This document shows, in pieces, positions 12,398 to 23,599 of a stretch of 64,000 bases of DNA. Made by a program: the position numbers and the translations under genes. Where the stretch lies: assembly GCF_038025025.1 (NCBI RefSeq), contig NW_027117348.1, positions 744,001 to 808,000 of the forward strand, in the 5' to 3' direction. A model generated the notes under the pieces. The model ran no database searches. It saw only the letters and a program-made list of their open reading frames with translations, and was not told the origin of the DNA. This DNA comes from Phyllosticta citribraziliensis. Lineage: Eukaryota. Positions within the stretch are counted from its first letter, which is position 1. Each line of letters begins with the position of its first letter.

Positions 12398-12925
12398 TCA
12401 TCGCCCACCGCCACCACCATCGCCCACCGAGCCCCCATATCTGCTGTTCCACTTCTTCCTCTCCTCCGCATCAAGTCGAACAAGGTACCAGACCCAGACG
12501 CCCGCAACGCCCAGGGAAAGGGCGAAACCCGACCCTATCGCCAGTGAGGGCCACCGGGAGGACAGGAAGCGCCTCGTGGCGCGGAGACCTCTGGAGAACA
12601 TGGAAGGGGGTTGGGACGGGCGGCTGTTGGGTTGTGTTGGCCCTGGATTGCTGGCTTGTGTCGGCGTTGAGTTGTTCGCTTGTGTTGGCGTCGGATCGTC
12701 GGCAGTTACGGAGTTGGCAGCATTCGTGAGCGCTGCAACTTGCAGCGTGCGGTTGGGACTGGTGCTGGGGCGCTGCGACTCTTCTGAGAGGAGTCCACCG
12801 TCTTCCGTTGTGCTGAGAGCATATGGGTCGTCGGTGGGTTGCTGCTGCGGTCCACGTGCTGGCACGTGGGAAGGTGGAGGCGGCCGTGGCAGGGGTTTGA
12901 GGGAGAAGTTTGAGTAGGTGGTCAT
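12398..12925 (-). CDS. Hypothetical Pro/Ser/Thr-rich protein with one C-terminal TM helix
   Basis: The ATG at 12925 has good context (GCAAAGATG) inside ORF 12398..13417. TM segment LAIGSGFALSLGVAGVWVWYLV, and short PTQAN/PTQAS/PTQPN repeats. Confidence 0.55.
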   Translation of the reverse strand: MTTYSNFSLKPLPRPPPPSHVPARGPQQQPTDDPYALSTTEDGGLLSEESQRPSTSPNRTLQVAALTNAANSVTADDPTPTQANNSTPTQASNPGPTQPNSRPSQPPSMFSRGLRATRRFLSSRWPSLAIGSGFALSLGVAGVWVWYLVRLDAEERKKWNSRYGGSVGDGGGGGR

Positions 12926-14703
12926 CTTTGCGGGTGGTGCGTTTTGAGGTTGTTTGTGGATGAGTTGATGAGAAGCAGCACTAAGACAAAATAGTTGAGT
13001 TCTTGCCGTGAATGGAATGTAGGAAAGGAAAGGGTTGATGGAATAAATTGGAAGAAGCGGCTGGATTGAGCTGCGGATAGTGCGAGAGAATACTACATCA
13101 AGGAAAGAAGTGGGAACAAAGGACGAATGCAACAACGCCGTCGAGGACCGCCCTGTCGAAATCACATTGCGTACAGACCACTTACCAAGGTTGAGCGGAC
13201 CATAGGGAGGATAAGTTGTGACTGAGAACAAAACGTTCGATTCTTTGAACACCCCAAGCGAAGAGAAAAGACCTCGTTGATACTTATTGCTGGTGCCAAT
13301 ATGGAGATGATGTTGAAGTGTCTTCAAGGCCGGTAGGCGGTTGGGGACGTTCAATTGAAAGTCCTCAGACGTTGGCTCCAAAGGATGGGCATCCCCTTCA
13401 TTGTACCTTGGTGCCACTGGAACAGAGGCACAGAACGGCGGAAGACAAATCGGTAGGAATCAAGGGGCCATTTCCACATCACTCTCCAACTCCCCATGTA
13501 GCCGGGCATTTTATTTGATAGATGTTGCGAGCAATGTAAGGCCAGAAATTCATACTGCTCTTACGTCGTGAAGTCGGTCTTGTCATGCTGGAATCCGTTT
13601 TGAGCATCAGTCTGGCGTTTGTCATGACAGAGCCAGTCTTGCCAAGGGAGTCGAGAGAGACAGGAAGAAGAATGATTGGTACAGGAAGTTTGATGTCTTG
13701 CCAAGTCTCGCCAACGTGGGTTTGCAAAGCAATCATTCGGGCGCTTATGCGGGGAGCCCTGGTTGTTGTTGACTTGGCGGCGGCAACGTTTAGAACAAGA
13801 CTCTTCATCTTCCTTTTCTTTTTCCCAGGCTGGGTCTGCCAAAACCAAAGAAACCACGTCGTTCTCGTCAGTTCTTTGGCCATTGGTGGTCTGTGCGCCA
13901 AGGTATATGTACCTGGACGGGTCGAGTCGTTTTTGTCCCGTCGGCCAAGTCCTCAAGCTCTTCTGACGTCTGCGCAGCTCTTGATGGGATGACCTTCCTA
14001 GTGAACCAACCGAACCTCTCCAGCGGATCGAACGGCACAGTACGACAGCGCTGCAATCCTGCAGACTATTGAACATGGCACGGTCGGTTCGGATGCCTGT
14101 CGAATCCCAGTTTCCTTGGACCAAAAGTTTCTCCACCTTCAATGGCCGCTCGGTACGACTGTCGCGCTATCGACTGCCGTCGCACCGTCAGCTGGCCGGG
14201 TGGGTTGGCCCGGCGAGTAGTCGATAGCGACCAGACGTCAAAACATGGTGGGACAGGGTTGCAATCGTGGCTGAGGGACAACAGCACAGCACAGCACTTT
14301 TCATCTGCAACAGTGCGGCTTAGCGCCGCTGACGCACAGCCAGGGCCGCAAGTCATAGCACTGCTGCGCCACGCCAATCTCCCTCGTTGAGTGTGTGTTT
14401 GCACGAGAGAGGACGAAGACAAAAAAGACGGACGGGAGCAGAGTGTGGAGACGGAGCGGAATGGAGTGAAACGAATCCTGAGGGTTCGCGCGGCTCACCC
14501 GTCGCCCAAGACAACACGACAAGACGCTAGCAAATGCTTGGCCACGCGCTTCAAAAGCTTGTCGGCGAAGCTACTTGACTCGGGCCACCCCGTCGCCGTC
14601 GCTTGCCTTCATCCGAATCCCCAGCTTCGTCATTCAGCCTGCCTCAGCTCTTTTTCTCCTGCTCCTGGCCGCCAGTTATAACTATTCCTCGCCCGCCCAT
14701 GTC

Positions 14704-16510
14704 ATGTCAGCTTCGACCTCACCCAGCTCTGCCGCCATGACCGCCCAGGACGACACCGTCTCGCAACAAGAACCGCCCTCGCAGCCCGAGGGCGGTTACG
14801 ACCCCACGCCCGTCCCGCATGCCCCGCCAGGCTTCACTCTGAAGTTCACCTTTCACAGCGCCCACAGCCTGCCCATTGCCGACATTGGCACCTTTTCCTC
14901 CGACCCCTACGTCCTCGCCGAGCTGCAAACCTCCCTGCCTACCCGACACAAGGAGGACCCGAGACTGCAGATGCGCACCCCCACCATCAGCCGCTGCACC
15001 GACCCCGTCTGGAACTTTGACTGGACTGTCGAGAACGTCCCAGCCTCGGGCTTCCGCCTCAGGGCCAAGGTCTTTGACGAGGATCCTGCGAACCACGATG
15101 ACAAGCTGGGTGTTGCGACCATCGACGTCGATCGCCTATCAAAGGACTGGGCCGGCATCAAAGAGCAGAAGATCAAGGTCAAGAAGCGCAGAGGGAGCAA
15201 GCGCGCCTACACCATGCACGCCATGACTGTCGCCGCGCGCAAGGCCGAGAGCATGGATCCGTGGGTCGTCATAAGCGTAGAGTTGCTCGGTAGGTCCCCA
15301 GGAAAAGAGGGCGGCCGCTGCTACACCATTGGACCTTGCTGGTGGACCAAGCACTACTCACCTCTGCTCGGAATGCTGGCCGGTCGCAAGGAAGACCAGG
15401 ATGATGGAGAGGGCGATATTCAGGTCGACAAGAATGGGAAAAAGATTTCGCGCTACAAGTATGTTTCACTTGGATTCGTAAATCTTCGTTGCTAACAGGC
15501 GCAGCTTCCAAGCAAACCAGCTCCAACTTCGTGGGCCCACTCCGCCAGAGTTGTACCACCGCTATGTTGAATTCAGACCCTTCGTCAAGTCCATGTACAC
15601 GTCTTCTGGCGTCAAGGGACTTTTGCTGCACAAGGCGCTCCATCACCAGCACGAGCGCGTCTACAATTTCTCCAGGACGACGGAATGGGGCCAATTCAGC
15701 GAACCCTGCAACGAAATGACGTTGAAGTTTTTGGACCTCGTTCATTGGGACAGGGGTGGCCGCATCTTTACCTACGTCATAACGCTGGACGCCCTGTGGC
15801 GCTTTACGGAAACGGGCAAGGAATTTGGCATCGACATGTTGAGCAAGCACACCATGCACAGCGACGTATCCGTGTACATTGCCTTTAGCGGCGAATTCTT
15901 CGTTCGCCGCCTCAAGCACCCCTTCAAGAAGACGACCGAAGAGGAGGACGAGGGCAAGAAGGGCTTCTCGCGCTTCTTCCACCGCCACAACTCGGACAAC
16001 GAGACGCATCCTCCGGACGACATCGACGGCGGTCCTCCCGAGGACGACCCTCCCAAGGACCCGCGCTACTACGAGCTCGTCATCGACAACGACTCGGGCA
16101 CGTACCGCCCCAACGCCAAGCTGCTGCCGACGCTCAAGAAGTACCTGCAGACGCAGCTGCCCGGGCTGCACGTCGTGACGCTCGACTGCCAGGCCGACGC
16201 GGACAAGATGGCCGAGATGAAGCAGGAGCAGCGCGACCGCAAGGCCGCCGAGGGCAACACGGTCGTGTACCGCCAGGTCAAGGACGACAGCGACAGCAGC
16301 AGCATCAGCTCGTCGGACGAGGAGGACCTCGAGGACGCCGCCCGCGAGCACGAGGCCCGCACCCGCGACGACCACGTCCTCCACGCCCTCGGCCACCAGG
16401 CCAAGGAGCACAAGACGGCCAAGGTGCACCACTTTAAGGATCTGCTGCACCGGCCCAAGAAGAGCGATGCATCGGCGGAGAGCGCATCGGCTGGCGGCAG
16501 TGCAAAATAA
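14704..16510 (+). CDS. C2 domain-containing protein (conserved fungal family)
   Basis: C2 motifs LKFTFHSAHSLPIAD..SSDPYV, PVWN and VFDEDPANHDDKLG. Intron 15459..15504 joins the C-terminal exon (FTYVITLDALWRFTETG, LVIDNDSGTYRP). Confidence 0.85.
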
Positions 16511-17849
16511 GGCAACTGCTGCCTGATGCACTTGTGATCTTTCCCGTTGGCAGACTCGCAGCCTTTTAGGCTGGTTGGTTGGTTGGCTTTTTTGTTTGTT
16601 CGGACGGTCTGGTTTTTTGGGGCGACGATTTGCGGTTCGCGCTCGATTATCCTTTGATACCCGCGTGTCATGGACGCTTTGAATTGTTGTTTATTTATAC
16701 ATAGACTACCTATACGTTTGTAATGATTGAAACGGCAACTTTGGTTTTGGGCAGCCTTGTGCGCATTGAATCCTCGAGCTCCGACGAGAGCCGTCGACGA
16801 ACCTGCCCCCTTTGTCTAGATTCCACCAGACCGCAAATGGCATCGTCGTCATCTGGAATACCACCGGGCGGCGAAATCTCAAAGGGGGCTCAGCGCTCCC
16901 GCACTTCCGCACTCCCACTCGACGCACGCTTCGGCCTCCTTGGCCGCCAACACACCGCCGGTGAGACCCAGACGCCAGGTATCGCGTTGAACGGCAACCT
17001 AAACACTGACAGCGATGGCGTTTCGCGAGAAGCGCACGAGGACAAGCGTGGCGGGGGAGGCGAGAAAGTGGTGGTGCTACGATACAGGCGGTGGTGGTGA
17101 GGCAAAGAGATGTGCATACCCAGGAAGACAACAAGCATGCATAGGTAAAGTACTAGGTAGGTATCTTGGGCACTGGCGCTGGTGCCGAACGCGTCCACAT
17201 CTCTTCGGAAGCTTCCCATTCAGACAACCCACGGGACAGTCCACCTGCCACGCCTCAGGCGCCTTGGTCCAATTGTGTTGGCAATGGAAATTCACGACTT
17301 GGTCGTCTCATCTCGTCTTGCTGGTTTTTGGTCGCGAGCAGCACACTCGGCTTGGCGGTGCTGTTCTCTCGTGCCTTGACAGACACGGCACGGCACGGCG
17401 AGGCAGTGGAAGAGTGGTCGGGACACGGCTATGTGTAGACGATCCCACGCATTGGCTGCTCACAAGCTACATACCTAGCTAGCTGTACTAGACAGTCAGC
17501 TAGCTGCGTGCCTTCACTGTCTGGATAAATGCGAGTATAGTATACATGGGTTGTGGCAGATTAAGCGTCGAAGGAACTTCCTCATCAACAAGCTCTGGCA
17601 TAAACTGGCTGCCACTGCGGTATTGACCCATTCCCTTGCCTCAGGACAGAGCGCGCGTGTGTATAAAGGTGGTGAGAGTGTGTCCATCAAATTCATCTAT
17701 TCGTTTTCTCATTCATCAACTCATTTGCTGGCCTATTGTGCTTCCCAAAACGGAGGAAGACGACAGCGCAACATAGACCACGTAAATGTACCGTGACGCC
17801 GCCCATCCATCCAAGTAGCCAGTCTAGATGTACCCAGAAATACCCGCCT

Positions 17850-17875
17850 CCCCCCCCCCCCCCCCCCCCCCCCCC
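17850..17875. repeat. C26 homopolymer (G26 on the MFS sense strand)
   Basis: Read directly. It lies 10 nt past the MFS stop codon. Confidence 0.9.
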
Positions 17876-17885
17876 ACAGACCAAT

Positions 17886-19793
17886 CTAGTGAATCATACC
17901 GCTCTTCGCCATCTCCTCGACATAATGCACGTACCTGCCGGCACTATCGCGCCTCAGCCCCTTGCCCCACTTGACCATGAGCAAGAACGTCAGACACTGC
18001 GCCAGGCCGACGAAGGCGGCGGTAATGAAGCACTTTTCGAGCCCCATGCCGTCGACCCACGGCGTGATTCCGTAGCCGATGGCGAAGCTCATGGTGTTGC
18101 GCACGAGGATGACGGTGACGATGCTCTCGCCGCCCAGCGCGCGGTAGCTGTCGATGGCGTACGCGACGCTCAGCGTGATGCCGACCGTGTTGGTGCACGC
18201 GATGGCGCCCGCCGCGAAGACGAGCCCGAACCAGTGCACCGAGTGCGCCGCGCCGACCCCCCACAGGATGAGCCCCGCCGGCAGGATGATGAGCGACGGC
18301 GCGAAGAGCCACAGCCGGAACTCGGGCTCGAGGATGCCCCCGTTTTTGCGCGCCCGCCACAGCACGAAGCGGTCGCCGACCGGCCCGGTGTAGAAGGCGG
18401 CGATGAAGACGCCGATGAGCGGCGAGAGGTACGACAGCCCGACCATGGACGCTTTGAAGCCGTAGTTGGTGCCGAGGATCAGCGACGTGGTCGCGTTGAG
18501 CACGTTGAACCACACGAGGTTGGACCCGTACGTGAAGCCGGAGAAGAAGATGACGGGGAAGGTTGCAAAGATGAGCGGCCGCCGCACCATGCCGAGCAGC
18601 TCGTTGGGCTTTTCTAGGTCGGCGTGCTGCCAGAGCTTTATCTTGTCGAGGTAGTTCTTGCGTTTCCGAGGCATGCTGAACTCGTTGGGGGTCTCGCGGG
18701 AGTGGACGGTAGGCATGGTGACCTTTTCTGGGTCTTCTTCTCTCTCAGGAGCTGGAGTGGTGATGCCAGGAGTCTCGGGCGGCGTGCCCGTGGTTGACCG
18801 CCGGTAGTTTGTCTCCTCCATGAAGAACAGGAGGACGAAAAATCCAATCAGGCAAAAGATGGCGCTCCAGTACAGAGTCCACTGCCATCCCTGACCATCG
18901 TTGATGAAGCCGCCAAAGACTGGCGCCAGATAGTTGCTGCCCGCCAGTAGGAGAGCGTAGAGGCCAAAATATCTCCCCCGCTCATGCTGGAAACTGTCAT
19001 GCCGTTAGTCCAAAACTCGAGGGACGAGTGTTCCATGACTCGACGCAGTTAAGATTTCTTCGATTACTTGATTAGGAAGGAGAGATGGCAAGGATCCACT
19101 GCATCATTCCACAGGGATGAATCGTGCTTTTTTCATCCGAAAGACAAGGATGGTTCTCTGAAAGAAATGGTCACACATACTAAATGTCTGTTATCGACGT
19201 CTCGCAAAGACTCTCGATAGGGGCCAAAAGGAAGCCCTGTAGAATCTTGTTGGCAATCCACTGGCCATTGCTCCTGGTGTACGGTGCCCAAAACTGCACG
19301 GCAGCGCCAGAAAGCATGCTAAACAGGTACACGGGCCTCTTGCCGTACTGCAGAGCAATGGGCTGCCAGAACAGACAGCCCCAGCCCGCAAACAGAAACA
19401 TGTATCCGGTGCCCGCATTCAGGTCACTCAGAGTCAGGCCCGTGTCATTGCTGATGGGCTCGAGCACCGAGTAGATGATGGCGCTGTTGATGCCCGTCAT
19501 GAGGGTGTAGACGCTCATGCAAAAGGTGCTGAGGGCCTTGCGCCTCGGGGTCCAGTTGAGCGGGTCGTCTGGATCATCCGAAGGAGCGGGAACCAGGACA
19601 ATGTCGTGATTTTTGGCGTCTCCGGCATGTTTGGCCCTCATGGTGCCCTTTGAAGTGTGAGTGCTAACTTCAAAAGAGGTCAAGAGCAACAAACCTGCAG
19701 GTCGACCAGATGCACGGTGCCTGGGACTGGAAGGACGCCCGGTTCCGCTTCCGCTTCTGCTTCCGCTCCGTGCATGCTTGCGACGGGAGCCAT
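17886..19793 (-). CDS. MFS transporter, HOL1-like
   Basis: Motifs VPGTVHLVD, LVPAPSDDPDDPLNW, LQYGKRPVYL, DIYFQHERG, EETNY and LEPEFRL. Introns 19648..19694 and 18994..19180. Confidence 0.9.
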
Positions 19794-21435
19794 TCTCGTC
19801 GGCTGCTGCTGATGGCGCGCGGCAGGGGCAGATCAGGGCCGAAATGCGGTTTTCGTTGCAGGCTCGACTTTGGAGTTTTCAGCTCGGCTGTGCTGGCTGG
19901 CTTTGGGATGGCTCTAGGGAGCACACAGCGTTTGGCTGACCTAGTGCTTGAAATAGCAAAAGCAGGCCAACCCCACTTACCGTAGACAGGCATTGCGTAT
20001 CAATTCCGACGGTCGATAACGCTGCCCGCCCGCGTTTGCTTTTGTCGAGTAGCGCGGGAGCAGAGAGCCTGCATCGTCATCACCTCGGCACCCGCAGACC
20101 CAGCGGACGCTGCATTGCATCGACGGCGCAGACGTGCAAGCCAAGCCATGTCGACGCCCAAAGTTGATGGAAAGTGGCGACCGCGCAGCGTGAGACAGGC
20201 GCAAACAAGTCGTAGATGCGCGTGTGGCGATAAGACAGAGATAGGCTGATAGGACGGTTTGCTTTGGAGTAGCAGCAGCACAAGGTTTGGTCTGACGTGA
20301 AGCTTGGTTTCTTGTGCCGTGCGGTGTCGTCTCTCGGGAAGTGTTCTTGCACGCCGAACAATGCACCTTGACGTCGTTGATGGGCGGAGATGTATGTACA
20401 GCGGCGGCGAGTTCGACTGGAGTGCAGGACGCTCGCTGAAAGATGCCGCGTCGTCGCGCGTCTTGGATCCGTCCTGGCGGGAAATGGACGAGAAAAATCT
20501 CATCTGGAATGTACATGGCATACACCCACGAACCCGATTCCTCTGCTCGAATCCCAACGATGGCTTCCCGCGTCTACGGAGCCGGACGACGCAAGAATGT
20601 AACCAGGCCGTGGATTCCTCGGCATCTCGACAGCCGCATCGACGCCGTCGTCGTCGTCGTCGTCGTCCAAGGTCGGTCGCGCCGCCCAATGAGGCTCCCG
20701 TCGACATGACAGCCGCCATTGGTCTCTGGCGTCGACGAGTCGCTGCAGCTAGAATGGTCGAGTCGGATGGCGATCGTCATCGCGCAGCGTGGCTTCGAAG
20801 CTTGGCCTGCTTGGTCGTATATGCGCGAGGAACACGACGACGGGCATTCAAAGACGATGGAGGTGATGCTGAGTCGAGAAAAAAGTCATCACATAGCGTT
20901 ATCAGCAATTGTGATGAGGTGCGTGTGTTCCTTCTCGTCTACCAACGCCCTCGGACGTCCAGCAACGCTCGGACGCGCTGATACACGTGGGCAGCCGACA
21001 AGATTCCAGCCGCCGAGCACACGCCAGAATCAACGCCGATCGCTCTGCGTCTCTGCTCAATTCGTCTTGTCAATACTGCTAACCCACATGGGCTCTCCCA
21101 TCTACACATCCATCTGGTCCCGCCGCTGCGTATGCGCCAATCTTTCCACATGGCCGACTCGTGCAATCAGCTACATTTCCTCCAAACGCCGCGCAAGACA
21201 TGCATCCCGATACCGCTCGGTAGATTTCCTCGGACTTCGCTGCCAATATCATACAATATCGCGGTCAATCACCCATTGCCGCCAGCCTGGACGGTACGTG
21301 GCCTCCGTGTAGCAAAGATATGGTCCACATTGCGCAAAAGACCCTTTGTCCTTCCATTCCTTTCTGGGGAGGTCGTTCAGGCACCGCCAGCCAATTCGGG
21401 AGAGGATCCGCTCCTCGCCAAGTGGGCCAGATCGA

Positions 21436-22892
21436 CTACTCGATGATAAAGTTCCAGGCGAGCTGCGCAATGACCTGTGCGGGCAAGTCGACAACACGGT
21501 AGAAAATCTCGGCCCCTGGAATCACCGTGACCAGGGACACCAAGAGACAGAGAATGTTGCTTGCCCCCGTCGGCCAATTCTTCTCATGGCGCAGGTGCAG
21601 GAACAGCTTGATGCCAGCCGTGTATATGATGATCGACTGCACGAGAAAGTAGCCTTGACGACTCGTTAGCACGCTAGAATACGAAGGGCTCGGCGCCGAA
21701 GGCCAAAAGGGGTCAACTCACTAAACGAACGTCGACCAAGGTACATGAAGACGGGCTGCTTGAAGATGTTTTGCACGACTTCGTACGTCTCGAGCATGAG
21801 CATAAAGGCGACGATGATGAGGTAGTTGTCGTCGCGGGCCTGCGGCTGCGTGAGGTCGGCTCCGTCGTTGAGACCTCCAGTCGTGTACAGGCCCGTGTGG
21901 GCGCGAATCTCGGCGTTGGCGAACGAGGGTCTCCAAGCAACCCACAGGTACTCCATGATGAAGCCAGCCAGGGCGATAACGGCGGCAATGGGCCAGGTGG
22001 GGCAACGCCAGCTGCCCACATACGGAACCGTCACCTTGACGCCGCGCCTCGATTTGGCCTTGAAGTCCATGTTGATGACGACGTCTGCCAGGAGGAGACC
22101 GGTGGCCGAGTACCAGGCCCACGATTGCACCCACCATGCGGTGAGGATGTAGAGCACAAAGGCCTTGACGCGCCACGAGTTGCGCGTATACGGAATGCAG
22201 ATCATGGACATGTAGACGGTGTAGCTCTGCAAGAAGACGAGGCTGACGATCCACAGCGTCTGGGAGGGGTATGCCAGGCTGGCCTTTTGCTTGGCAAAGT
22301 CGTGGACGACCCAGAAGATTTCAAAGAGCGAGTTGAAAAAGTTGAGGAAGTTGGGCAAGTCCTCCGGGGTAGCAACGTTGGTGTGGCCCGTGCGGGTCCT
22401 GAAGTCGTCAATGTAGGCGGTCCCGATCTGGTTGAGGATGAGGGCGGCCATGCCGAATGAGACGGTCGTGGGGATCCAGAGGCGGATGCCGCGGCGGAAG
22501 AGCTGGCTGGCGACGACCTGGCGAGTGGGATTCTTCAGAAAGGGCACGCAAATGGTGCGGGCGGAGAGCAAGACGATGGACGAGTAGATGAGCGACTGGT
22601 TCCAGAAGAGGACCGAGAGGACCTTGCGGAGGATGGTCTGGTAGTAGGGGCCATTGGTGACGTCCGTGTCCTTGACGGCGGTGGGCGCGAAGACGGACAG
22701 AAAGACCCAGAGGAAGGACAGGATGACCAGACAGCCGCGGACGCCAACGAGGTAGTCATGCTCGGGAGCGGGCGAGGTCGACGAGCGCAAGGCGGTCAGG
22801 CGGTGGACTGGCGACTTTTCCTCGGGCTTGATGGACGACGAGGCGTCGAGGTCGACGGCTTCGCTGTTGACAGTGGCGACGGGGAGGCCCAT
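21436..22892 (-). CDS. Acyltransferase-3 (AT3/OafA-like) multi-pass membrane protein, about 462 aa, with divergent motifs
   Basis: Motifs HDYLVGVRG, RRGIRLWIP, LWIVSLVFLQS and YLGRRSFSYFLVQ correspond to the AT3 motifs lDGLRG, RxxRL, LWS/T and GriSYSlYLvH. Intron 21654..21721 (GTGAGT...CTAAC...AAG) gives an open frame to a TAG ending at 21436. Confidence 0.8.
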
Positions 22893-23599
22893 GGTGGGAG
22901 GAAGTTGGAGGTCGGGGTGGCTGCTGAAGCCGGCGGGCAGCAGGAAGGAGCTGCAGAAGTGAGTGAGTGTCTGGTGGTGAGGTGCAAGGGAAGGAGTGCT
23001 CACCGCTCATGATGTGGATGTTCTTTAACAGGTGCCACGCCCGGACGGCCCAGCTCCAGGGCGGCGTGCACGGCTCTGGGAGGGTCGCGTTGCGGCGCAG
23101 TCGACACGGCTGCAGTCATCATGTCCGGATTGTCTGTTTTCCAGTTCGCTCGACCCGTTGGACGTACAGGCAGTGTACAGATTAGGGTATGTGTGTATGT
23201 GCATGTACGGACGCGGCACGCATGGCGGCGCCGATGGATTTGGTTTTAGAGGCCAGCAGGACATGATACATAGCGAATACTGTGGGTGGGCAAAAGCAGG
23301 CCCCAGCAGGTGCAGAAGGAAGGCCTGGCTTCGGCCTCTGAGGGTGGGAGGCCATGTCCAGAGTCTGTAAGGGCAGCCGAGGGCAACACAGACGTTGACC
23401 TGCATGACAGGCGGGCAGCCAAGTACATGTGGACTGCCCTCGGGCACTCGACTCTCTGCGAACAGACCCAGCAGCCAGGGCCAGGGCCAGGGCCACCAAG
23501 TGCGGTGCGGTGATGGGCATGGAAGGGCGGGGAGGCCTAGATGAAGCGTCTGTGCGTGTCGCCGTCGTCGTCGTCGTCGTCGTCGATAACCACGGCACC

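Noticed and set aside
15269..16531. 420-aa antisense ORF (likewise 10945..12027, 17736..18617, 30122..30865, 40323..41009 and 46683..47561)
   Set aside because: These are antisense shadows of real genes caused by high GC3.
18994..19180. Unusually long (187-nt) MFS intron with a small hairpin (GGATGAA...TTCATCC), considered as a snoRNA or riboswitch
   Set aside because: I saw no paired C/D boxes, H/ACA layout or TPP-riboswitch motifs. Rfam cmscan would be needed to exclude it fully.
21654..21656. AAG 3' splice acceptors (also in MFS intron 1 and BUD23)
   Set aside because: AAG is a known minor acceptor in fungi and is not unusual enough to report.
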